Shown: positions 25,741-38,100 of the stretch, one piece after another
Layout of the letters: every line of letters starts with the position of its first letter
Numbering within the stretch: position 1 is the stretch's first letter
Assembly (NCBI RefSeq): GCF_036588685.1
Contig: NC_086379.1
Coordinates: 62,930,001-62,994,000 of the forward strand
Length of the DNA stretch: 64,000 nucleotides
Direction: 5' to 3'
Source: Mytilus trossulus
Lineage: Eukaryota
The notes under the pieces: model-generated
Databases searched by the model: none
Seen by the model: only the letters and a program-made list of their open reading frames with translations
What the model was told of the DNA's origin: nothing
Made by a program: the position numbers and the translations under genes

Positions 25741-28700
25741 ACTAAAATGTGATTAAAATGTTCCTGGACATAAAAATGTATACGCCTTAAAGTGGGATTA
25801 TAACAGCTTTTCAGACTATTAAGGATTATCGATATAATTTTGTATGAAAGAATTCATAACGGAGAGGCGGTATATCTCGTGAAATGATTATTTCTATATA
25901 TGAATACGAATACTTATGTTTTATTGATAGATAAAGCGCGTTTTCAACATCCAATTCACTGGAGGATAAATTACTCCATTACAAAGGAAGGGAAACAAAT
26001 ACAATTCATATTTTATAGATTGAACCGTTGGTTTTCCTGTTTGAAATGTTTTACAAGAGTCACTTTGGGGCACTTTATAGCTTGCTGTTCAGTGTGAGTC
26101 AAGGCTTCGTGTTGAAGGCCGAACTTTAACTTTCAATTGTTTCATTTATACTCATTGTGACTTTGATGGTGAATTGCTGCATTGTCACTTATATCATATC
26201 TTCTTATTTCTAAGAACGTTCATGGTGACTAAATATGAACAATAAGCAAATAAATATATAATTTTATGGATCTTAAAGGTTTTTGAGATAATCGTGTATA
26301 CTTCTTTTATTTTGTTTTGCAGTATTAATGGTGCATACCCACTGTCATTCATATATAAAGTTGAACTCGATACGATTCCATGACATTGACCTTGAAGAAA
26401 GACATTCCAACTTTTTTTTCGAAACACACTCTTTTGATCAGGCAACACTGATAAGTGTCAGTAATGTCAAAACAAATGAACAATTCTCAGCCGGACAAGA
26501 TTTTTACAGACATACAGGTGCTACAATGTTGTTGAATAGATATAAAAATTAGTACATCACTCAGTATATATATGTGTGTTGAACTTGGCACATTATCTGA
26601 CTTTACAAATGGTTTCGAATTTTAAAGTCACGTCATGGTTGCCCGTTATGGTAAAAGTTGTTATCTTTGCGATGCGGTGTAGATTTTGTTATTTGTCGAT
26701 ACCCTCTCATAATCAATCGACAGCAACTATGGTTTCAAGACTAAGGACATCGGATGTTATATCATAAATTAATTTATTTTGTGTACTTTTAACTGTTCGT
26801 CATCTTTTTCATATTTCATTGTGGTTTAAAGTAAACTTTTCGGCATTTATCATCATTTATTACAAAGATTTTGATAAAGTATCGGCTTCTACTGCTAGGG
26901 GGTGGTTAAGGGGTAATGAATAATAGCTGGTTTATTTTTAAGGCATGAAATCTATAATTTGCTTTATATAAGACCGATTCGCTAGTCCCCATTTACTTAT
27001 GCAACTACTTCAATATAAAGCTTCATTCTGTTAAATTTTAGTGCACCCGATGTGTTTATAGTGCAACCTCCTATAGAACAAGTACATGCATGGACCAACT
27101 GTTCATTATGTGATAACATTGACATATAGCGATACAAGTATTTATGAACCTTAAAACATTGACATATCGTCATACAAGTATTCATAAACCTTAAAAACAT
27201 GTACCTTTATATTATTCATAATTATACCAATTCATTCATTTATATTTTAAATAAAACATTTTGCACGTTTTATATTACATTAAAGTTTTTATGATCATAT
27301 AAAAATTTAAAATACTCATAACCATCGTTTATCTTTTGCGATTTTTTTTTTTTAATTTTACATAAAAAAAAGTTAACATCAACATGACGAATTATTAAGA
27401 TACATATCTAGTACTACATAATCTGTTTTTGTCAAATTTGTCATGAAAATTGTGGTAGAAATGTTTTTCCATAACGTATATAAAGTTCAATGTATGTTTT
27501 TTTATGATAAATATTCATATTTGAATATAGCAAAAAATAAAATGACTAGCTTAAGAAAGTAGCCTTTAAATCATTTTCTTCTTTTCAAGGACAAGAACAA
27601 CAATCGAAAGGATGAAAAATTAAAACAATAAATCATCAAATAATGATATACCTTTGGAATGTGAAAGATTACACACATACATTTAATTGAAGTCCTATTT
27701 GAATGTTTTAGCCATCCTCTGTCGATTTATTGTACCCTTCAATTATCTAACATAACGGTTACCATTGTGCAAGTTTTAAGACATGAAAAAATAGCAAATT
27801 TGCTTCAGCTCCACTCCAATACAATGTGTGTACTGAACACACATGTATAATGCTATCTACAGTGAAAAAAATATATACTTTATTGAAAGTTATTACGTTC
27901 AGCAATTGCTGAGAAAAGTAATACTTGGGCTTTATCCTCTTATTGGATGTTTTTTTCATCTCTGGTCTATACGTTTAGTTTTTTGTTTAGTTCTCAGTAT
28001 TTGTATATTGAATTCCCTTTTTCATGCCATATCATGAATAGAATATCCTTGATATTTGTTATTCAAAACATATAAAAAGGTACATTAGAACATATCTTAA
28101 TAGGAACGCAAATCTAGATATTTTAAATGATGTTAAAGAATCATTAGCGACGGGGACAAAACTTTCTTCACGATTGCAGGTCGATAAAAATCTTAATGCA
28201 AAAATGTACGAATAATTTTAAACGTAACAAGTACACACATAAACAAAATTTCATTTACAAAATGGTTCATTCTCAATTTGAAGTTCATGCTGACGTTATC
28301 TTGATAACACACGTCTTGCTTTGAAATTTATTAAATAATAACATAATGTCATTACCAAGATCGTGAACGGTTTTTTGTTGAGTTGTGTATTGAGTCGTAG
28401 ACCTACATTTCAGTAACCTTTGTGTACCACAATTCAATATGTAACAAAAGTCATTATACATAATGGATGATAAAGACCTAAATGATATTTAAAGGCATTC
28501 ATTGCACACTAATATATGACCATATATTTGTTTTAAAACCCTGCAAAGGTCGCTTTAATGAAAGATAATTTCATATATCATACTGAAGAAGGTTACAAGT
28601 CATCCGAAGTATTTAATGATATATATATTAACTTTTTTTTTGGTTAAACTTTTGGTGTTGTTTAGTTAAATTTTAAGCGTGTTTCTATATATAATCTTGA

Positions 28701-28847
28701 AGAGTGAGTTATAATTACAATTGTAACGTTATTTCCTCTTTTTCCTCTTTATCATTTGTCAATGGTATGAAATCCTTGCTGTTTATGATAGAGGATTACC
28801 CTGGACTTCGTCCAAATACTGCATATAAAATAATACAATGACGTGCC

Positions 28848-29232
28848 AAATAAAGGCAACAGTAGTATACCGCTGTTCAAAACTCATCAATCCATGGACA
28901 AAAAAAAATAATTGGGGTAACACGCTAAAACCGAGGGAAACGCATTAAATATAAGTGGAGAACAACGACATAACACTGAAATGTAACACACACAGAAACG
29001 AATTATAATATAACAATGGCCACATTCCTGACTTGGTACAGGGCATTTTTGAAGGAAAAAATGGTGGGTTGAACCTGGGTTTATGGCATTCCAAACCTCG
29101 CACTTTTATGGCCATGTGAACTATAACATCAAAATAAATGACAACACAACACCACAGGACTACAATATAAATAAATAGGAGAACACAATTCACAAAGAAT
29201 CTCATTAACAACAGCCAACAAAAGGCAACAAG
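28848..29232. repeat. Dispersed repeat family B (terminus AAATAAAGGCAACAGTAGTATACCGCTGTTC)
   Basis: Other copies at ~9086-9348, 12548-12722, 15216-15374, 42425-42617 and 50797-50937. One end is fixed and the other variable. Confidence 0.85.
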
Positions 29233-29773
29233 TTCAAAATTTTAATACGCCAGAAGTGTATTTTGTCCACACAAGACCTACTAGTGCCGCCCAGATACAA
29301 AAGTACAAAGTTGAACAGCATCGAGGACCAAAAGATCAAAAAAGTTGTGCCAAAAACGGCACGGGTTTTCTAAACTACGATGTATATACTTTTAAATATC
29401 AATTGAAAGCACATAGTAAGATTGTGGATATGTTGAATGATAATGAAAAGGTATAGTCCATCAAAAATTTTAAAAATCAAATGACGACACAAGTGAAAAA
29501 AACAACAACTTCCATCTACATGAGTTGGTACAGGAATTTCCCGAAGAAAATAATTCGTTAAACCTGGTTTTATAGCTAGCTTAACCTCTCACTTGTTATG
29601 ACAGTTGAATAAGAGTTAGGTGATTTGAAGACATATAAAGAAGGTTGATAACTGGAGTTTGATCGATATTTTTTTTAAGTAAAACACGCGTTAAGGATGA
29701 AGCACACATGTACATTAAAGATACTCATATGCTCATGTATTATAACAAACCTTTCTATAATTATCCTGTATAT

Positions 29774-30050
29774 TAACTCATCATAAATACCAGGACTTAA
29801 TTTTTTATACACGCCAGACGCGCGTTTCGTCTACAAAAAGACTCATCATTGACGCTCGAATCCAAAACAGTTAAAAAAGCAAAATAAAGTACGAAGTTTA
29901 AGAGCATTAAGGACCAAAATTACTAAAAGTTATGCCAAATACAGCTAAGGTAATCTATGCCTGAGGTAGAAAAGCCTTAGTGTTTCAAAAATTCAAAATT
30001 TTGTAAACAGTTAATTTATAAATATAACCATATCAATGCTAATTCATGTC
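29774..30050 (-). mobile_element. Retrozyme-like element, partial, mutated hammerhead (29811-29855)
   Basis: Minus strand reads ATGATGA-GTC..GAC-GAAACGCGCGTCTGGCGT. Body is homologous to the other copies. Confidence 0.75.
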
Positions 30051-30604
30051 AGACCAAAAACGATACATTTGTGTAGTCTTGAATTTCTGTTTTCTGTTAA
30101 CTGAATTTTTATTATACATCTTTTTTTTTGGTCTTATGACCTAATGATTTTAGCTCTCAATTAAAAGAGAGAGAAAAATCATTGGTGGTCAATTCAAACT
30201 TTTATTACGACAAAAACAGACAACACAATGACAAAAAATGAAATCTACAAACAGACACAAATGATAACAAAACAAACAACAAAAAAACAATAAATATCAA
30301 ATAGCTAATAATCAGGACCAACAACAACACAAAAAACTGAGCTGATCTCGTGTGCTTCAGAAAATTAAAAAAAAGTTCTGCAACAACTCATTGCAAGTGA
30401 CATTACGGTGGAAAGTCGCACTCGGTAAAGTCTAATTCTAATGCAACAACGTTTGTAACGTTCATTTTGATTGGATAACGTCACTAATTTACATGGCATC
30501 AATTGACAATTGATGCTATCGGACGTACGCGCAAGCGCAGACGGCATATGACAGATTTTAAATGCATGTTTTAACGTTGTTTTCTGTCAGTTTCATTAGA
30601 ATGG

Positions 30605-30767
30605 AGATAACAATATTGTATTTTAAGCTCCGACGGCATCAATTGTGGATTTGATGGTCGCAAATACTCGTTTACTGTCTCCGCTAATGCGTCGCCAGTA
30701 AACTTAATTTGCGACCATCAAATCCCCAATTGATGCCGTCGGAGCTTAAAATACAATACAGTTATCT
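30605..30767. repeat. Long inverted repeat (hairpin), ~72-bp arms and 18-nt loop
   Basis: 30614-30645 is the exact reverse complement of 30727-30758. Pairing continues inward to GTTTACTG/CAGTAAAC. Confidence 0.93.
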
Positions 30768-32539
30768 TCTAAATCGAAGGAAATGAAATTGGCTTGTGGT
30801 TCCGATAAGTGGAACATATCCGTAGTAATATGCGACACAGATATTTTATATCGGTCAATCAAACCGTGATAGAACCTGTTTGTTTATAATGATCATATTT
30901 TATGTACCAATAAGAACGCAGAACGAAATGTAAGATTGTATCGTTTAATGTAATAATTCCTAATGACTCTACAAGATTAAATCATCAATAGTATGTTCAA
31001 GGCCACAACATAGATGAGGCAATGTATAGAATCTCGATAATCTGTGTATAGTAAACTATTTAAAGTTAAAATCGTCGTTATAAATGTAGCATTTGTGAAT
31101 ATCATTTTCTGACATTCAAAACATGCATGACATCAAATAAACAATTTAAAAATTAAACTGAAATGATAATGTCTTTAAAAGGGAACAAAATGGTACATTA
31201 GTGTTGCTTCAAGGTTATATCAACTTCATGTCTTTTTCTTTTTATTTACTTTTAATAGCGCTCGGAAATTAGAATTATTGAACACTAAATCATAAGTAAA
31301 AAAAATGGCAGTCAAACAGAACGTGCGAGTTGGATAATAATCAAGACATATCCGTCCATTCGGTTAACCTGATATTATGGGATAAGTACGAGTCTGAAAA
31401 GGTTAAAAATTAAAGAAAACCTTGTATACAATTTTATTACAAACTGAAACTCTGGAAATAAAATTTACACATTCGATCTATATGCCCCTTCGAAAAATTT
31501 AATAATCTGTACGTTTTACATATTTTAAGATGAGTGTTGCCTTGACATTTGTTGAATGGTAAATTTCGGACTTCTTGGCAGTAATTGGTCCTATTGGACA
31601 TGATGTCATAATGCATTCGTTTAAAATCTGTACGAAAAATAAGCTCCTTATCATCTGTATAAAAAGCTTATTTTAGATTTTTGGTCTTAGATTTCTGTTT
31701 GGAGTTCATATAGTTAAAATGTGGCAAGCAAAATTAAGTCCCTAGTTTCCTATAATGATCCTTTCTACCTACCGCTGTACCCTTTCCATTTGTTGATGGT
31801 TTACATAGAGCTCACACATTATTGTTCAAACTCCATTACAGTATGACTAGGGACATACATGTCCTTCTCTTGCATTTCTGTGGGAATTATTACAGATTCT
31901 TCTCAAGAGGACTTATGAGAGAAAAAGACAAGAAAGATACCAAGAACATATTTAAAAGTTAGAGGTCGTGAAAAACTGACAATGTCATGACAAAAACCGA
32001 AAGACGACAAAAGGATGAAGAAATTCACAATACACTCCATAGAAAACCAAAGACTGACCAAATTTATTCCTTCCAAAATCTGGGAATAATTTGGATAAAA
32101 AAAACTTACTCAATATTTGACCTCATCGTGGCGATCGTTCCTGTAATCAGCGATATAATTAGCTTGTTCGAATCACAGAACAAATAAACAATGATCATTG
32201 TAACATTCAAAAAGAAAAAAATACTTCTTTTATCCTCGAATTATCATGTATTGGAACTTCTAAATGTACTCAATTACCCAGTAATTTTATTTCATGGCTG
32301 CTAGCTATGACAAAAGTGTATTTAACTGGTACACTCTTTGTGCGTCACCTTGTTCTGTACCAGAAATAGAATATAGCTGATACAATTGGGTACTTTGCAC
32401 AGAGCGCCGTTGATGTATCAACCGTATTACTCAATTTATGACTATTAAACACCGGTATACTACTATTGTCTTAATCTACTCCTTATCGGTATTCTCCCTC
32501 TACTAACATTTTCACTTACTAGTTTTTTTTCCAAGAACA

Positions 32540-33621
32540 TATATATAAAAAAAAGTTAAGCACCTCTTGATATATATTGAATTATAACATGTTTCAACGA
32601 ATTTCGATAACGAAAAAAGAAGTTCTATTAAAACGATGTGATCACACAAACAAGTAGTTAAGATACTGAGATATCATGCACGAAACTAGGTCTCCAATGA
32701 AAAATCTAAATTTTAGTATGTCAGACAAAGAACATCCCAACACACTCTGTAAAAGACTTTCCAAGATCGGATAGAAGAGTCGTAATATCGCAGCGTGAAG
32801 ACAGTGTACTGCATTGTATTGTTAAAAGAATGCCACCTGCAACTAGTCTTGTTCTTAAAGACAATGTTTAACTAATATCAGTAGTCGTCTATCAGGCAGA
32901 ATATTGAGAAACTGGTCAAGATCAACGTTTAGGCAAGTAGTTAGACGTTAGATAGTTTCTGATGGAATATGTTTGGACATGTAAACCTCCTCTTCAAAAA
33001 TGAAATAAGTTGGAAGCAGTTACATTAGGAATGACGACTTCTTACACAGCAGTAAATCCCACGACTAACTTGACGAATGAGACGCAGGGTTGACGCCGTC
33101 ATTCAAGAACGTAGTAGTTTCACTAGATATTTAGCTTTGATACACGGATGATGTTAATGGTCTTCAAATTTACGTTTAGACAGTGAAATGATAATCTTAT
33201 CGGACATGATGTACTCATAGGGTCAAAACTAAAATGAACATGTTTTAATGTTATAAATAGGCTTGTGATTTTGCTTTAAAATAGTGATTAAAATAGAAAA
33301 CTACTAGTTTACGTTTATATGATACGACAAATATGAGTTTATCCTTGGGCAGTATCAAGCTTGGCGTTAAGCATTAATGGTAGGTTTTAATGCATGTACC
33401 ATGACAGTTGTATTCGTTATTTTTATGTCACGGTTTGGGATTTTTATTTTGCCATTTTATCAGGGACTTTCCGTTCTTATTTCCCTTTTTTTTAATCTAA
33501 TACTACCGTATCTACGTTGAGGTTTCAGATTGAAAACTTTATGTCCTTTTTGTAATTATTTGGTCTGTAATCTCATGTCAAGTCAAATAAATTGGGGTGC
33601 TTAACTTTTTTTCTTTGTGTA
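32540..33621 (+). mobile_element. Internally deleted, decayed Tc1-family DNA transposon
   Basis: Inverted ends AAAAAAAGTTAAGCACC (32548-32564) and GGTGCTTAACTTTTTTT (33596-33612). Transposase relics VKDFPRSDRRVVISQREDSVLHCIVKRMP (32749-) and MRRRVDAVIQERSSFTRY (33077-33130). DDE core absent. Confidence 0.82.
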
Positions 33622-34824
33622 TATTTAGTCTGTGATTAATTAATCCTCAAATTATATTGTGACATATAAAAACACCTATACAATTAGGTTTTACAAACTC
33701 AGTCTCGCTTTAGGGTGATTCCCTCAGTTTTTGTTTTTATTTTTGCATCTCGATTTGTACGTCATTTTATGAGATCCGAGGTTAATCTTTCCTTGGACCA
33801 TATACATACTGACATAAACAAATACACACTAATTATTAGTACACATAAGGTAAACAAACACCTGACAACTTTTCACTTTTTCTGAAATGTATTAATGCGT
33901 TCATGCCAGTAACAGGTATTCAGCTCGTTGGAAGTGGTCGTTACGTGGTACAATAGGATGAAATCAGTTGTCCAGCATGTTTTTGGTTTAATAGTATTTA
34001 CAAGATACATGACAATTATTAATTATGATTATTTTATTAAATTAATGAAGAGAACTGATCGAGTGAAATTAGTTTCGATGTTTCTATAACGCAATTTAGA
34101 TTCAGTAAGAATAGTTTCCTGTTTATCTTCTTCAGAAAACATAACTAGAATCGTGTTTCTTTTAAACATGTTTCTGTATACAAAGTGATTGTTTTCTGTT
34201 GTATATTTATCAATATTTATTCTTTCATTCAATTGTTCAATAGCAGCTATGCATGTATGTCGGTGATCTTATAAGTATATTAATTAATCATGAAATTGTG
34301 AATATTTTACATTTGTTATAATTTTATTCATAATTTGTACAACTACTGTCGGGCATTTTTTGTGCCTTCAGCGTCTGTTAATTTGTTTATTTAACGGTAT
34401 AATGTATAAGACTTTTTGAAGTTTGTTTAAATGTATAGTGTATATACCCATTTACTTTGAAGAAAATTCAAAACGAAAAGTCCATATTCAAATGGCAAAA
34501 TCATAAGTTCAAACACATAATATGAATGGACAACAACTGTTCTATAACTGACTCAGAAGAGTCCTTTTCTCGAGTGGACAATGGTGGATTAAACCTGGTT
34601 TAAACTATCTAAACCCCTCACTTGTATAATTTACAATCGCATAACATTTAATTATTTTCACAACGATGTGTGAACAAAACGAAAAGTCATAATAGGTAAA
34701 AATGTAAAAAATAGGGGTACAGTAGTCAACATTGTGTTATTATTCAAATCAATGAAAAAACAAACAAAAATAAAGGCAAACATTCACCATGGCACAATGA
34801 AGAAATACTTACTTTTAACGATCT

Positions 34825-35105
34825 GCTGAAAATATGATTTCTATACGTGTGCCGTCATCAGATATTGTCGTCTTTTATTGTGACGTCAAAATATACAACT
34901 CAGAGAGACGCTAGATAATTTGACGTAATAGTTTAATTTTGACCAATGAAATACTGAGATCGAACTGAAAAACGATTGGAAAGAAAAAGTATACATCGGG
35001 TAATAAAATATAGAAACTAACGATTCATGACTGTGTTTAAGGACATAGTGAGTATACCTGTTTTTTGTTTGTTTCATGTGTTTCTTTTCTAAGGCTATTA
35101 TCATG
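34825..35105 (+). pseudogene. Decayed immunoglobulin-like domain exon
   Basis: Single frame DIVVFYCDVKIYNSERR*II*RNSLILTNEILRSN*KTIGKKKYTSGNKI*KLTIHDCV*GHSEYTCF. Cys at 34879 and 35059 are 60 codons apart, TAG sits at the expected Trp, and LTI and YTC strands are present. Five stops. Confidence 0.55.
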
Positions 35106-38100
35106 ATGAACTGTCTAATGTTAACATTAAGAATGCTACATTAGTTGACAAGTTATTCTCGTTTAGACAATCAGTTTTTGAGAATTCATCTGAATTAGTT
35201 TTTTCCCTACAAATAGTCTTAAATTTTATTATATTAACAACATTTTCGATTTTACTCAATGAATGAATTGCCTGCCGTAGTGATTTTTCACAGTGCTTTC
35301 TACTTTCTATTAATATTACCAAACAACATCAGTTAGATATGCGATAAAATTAATGGATATGAATTAATTCTATAGCTAAATGTTTGAATCTAAAGGACAA
35401 ACGACTAACTGTCAGCTTAAATGTCTTTTTTGAGATCAATTTAATTTTCTATGCAACATTTTATATAAATATTGTACCATTATGTGACCTTTACCTTTGT
35501 TTGTTCGTTTTCTTCGGTTTTTATTCTTAATTAGCTTTCGTAGAAATAATTTCAAGAGGTTATTGTATTTAATTGAAGATTGTCCTGTAGTTTAGTAATG
35601 GTTCGTCGATTAGGATTAATTTTCAAGTTATCAATTAAAGCCATATTGACATTGATTTCTGGTTCCTCTGACTTTAAATTCAATAATACAATTGCCTAAA
35701 TCAAAATAACTTATGTTTGAGCATCCATCTTCTTGATGAATTCTTCCTTTATTATGAATTGTAAAGATGGGAGAAAAACAGATTTATCAAAAGGATGTTT
35801 GTGAGAGATGTCAGTTTATGTGGGTGTCAAACTCTTGGTTTGGAAAATAATTTCAAACCAAGAACGAGAACATAACTTTTGCAATGCAAAGAGGGAAAAA
35901 ATACATTAAGATTAAAATAAATATTGGTTTTTCGATTTTTGTATTCAAATTTAAGAGCAAATGGGAAACTTCATGAACATGCTAACCTTTTGTAAGATAT
36001 AAAAATACATTTTATGACTTTAACTGTGTAAGCTTTTGGCCGTATTTGAGACTGTAGAAATCTTTTGATGCTTGAACCTGGTACTCTTTGGTCTGTTTAG
36101 TGTTTGTGTCGTTTGTCTTTTTGTTTTTGTTTTATGGGGATCGTAAATGAAACCCTTTCCAACTGACTTAATAGTATGTTCTTATAATGTCTGTTACCCC
36201 ACTTTCCCATGTTATGGAAGGATTGAGTGCTCACATAAATGATTTCACACCTTTATAAGGTATATCGCATGAAGATACATTTTCCATTCTGTTCCCGTAC
36301 TATGAACAACAAATTGATTTATTTTGTACTCAATGTACTTCTGACAACAGAATTATTTCATCTATTTGTATACGTCTTTTTATTTTTTTATTTTTATGCC
36401 ATTTCGTCCAATGTTGTAGTTGTTTTTCTGATATTGTTTTACACCTCTTCCCTATTTTTCATTAATATTGTATTTATATTGTGTCAAAAATCAAATTAAT
36501 TCGTTCAGTGTATGTTTCACTTTTGTTGATATGTTCATTTGATTGCGTTCAGCCATTTTAGTTGATATTTTATAGTGCGTACCTTCTATTTTGTATTGTT
36601 ATACTACTTTAGATTAATGTGAAGGTTGGTCCCTTTTTAAAACGTTTTATTTGCCCCTGTCTCAAGTCAGGAACCTGTTGATCAGTGGTTGTCGTTTTCA
36701 TTTATGAATTATTTTATACTGGTCACTTTGAAGAACTGAATAACATGATGTTCGGTGTGAGTCAAGGCCACGTTATGAAGGTCGCACTTTGACCTATAGG
36801 TGTATACTTTTTACACATTATGACTTTGATAGAGAGTTGTATTAATGGCATTCATACCATATCTTCTAATTTCTATTAACCTTGCAAATTTTTGTATGTG
36901 ACTGTAAAAAAACAACAGCCTATGTGTTTAGTGTTTTCTCTTTTGAATTTGATGTTTTTATCATGCGGGAGCCTCCTATGATGTTTGATACATTATGTCT
37001 TTTGTTGATTGTTGAAGGCCGTTTGTTGTTTTATATATGCTTACATCCACATTTTGTTTATAACATATTCAAATGTTTTGTCAATTTGGTCTGTTCTTAG
37101 CTGACTTTGTTTTCTTTCGTCATGGTTTTGTCTGTAATTCTTTATCATGTGCTTTTTATAGCCATCTTGTTATTCTTAATTCAAACAGCAAAGAAGATGT
37201 TTTCAAATGATATCTCTCATATCATTTATAGTGGGATTTTGACGTAATATCTGCCATTAAACCCAATCCTTGCTCGTCTGGATTATTTTTGGAATGTCTT
37301 GCAGCTGCTGTTATGTCATTGCGTTGTGTATTTTTTACATGGAAGAGAATTATATTTGTCAATAATTATACAGTAGGGTAATGAACAAAGCACTTTGTAA
37401 AAGTCTCGAGAGAAAATTATTCTGGATCTATAATCAAGTAAAATACATTAAATTTTGCATTTGTTTTTACAATAAATTGCCTGGAGATCATCATTGTAAA
37501 TTGGAAAAGATTGGAAAAGTTGTGGTTCCAAAACAAACAAGGTTTATCAAAATAGGTCGAGATTAGATTGATAAATGTGCACTACATACAAAGTAGGTCG
37601 AGATAAAGATGATTGTATATGTCCCCATGCAGCATCAACTTACTCTGTTAATTGGAAATTACAATTTTACAGAACCTTAAGTTGCCCTTTGTCTTTAATC
37701 CGTACTTTGAAATAACCTTCATTGAGAATACGATCAGATTACTACGATACGTTGTCCTTGTGAGATGGTCAATACAAAGTTCTATTAAAGGCCTTATAAA
37801 TAACACAGGATCACGGTAAAGACATAAGAAACCAATATTCATGTGGTTAATCTATTTTCGCAATTAGCGAGTCAAGAATGTGTCTATCAAAATTTATCAT
37901 TAATGATGAATGAACAAAGGTCGAGCATCAAAATATTATCTGACAGAAAATAAAAGTTGAAATACGATTCTTGTCCTTACAGACAGGCAGTAGAGGTTTA
38001 TTCTAGGAAATTTGTCTCAATCCCACGGTTTATCATTGTACAGATAATCAATATGAACATTATTTACGACGATAGTAAATCCATTGATACAATGATGAAC

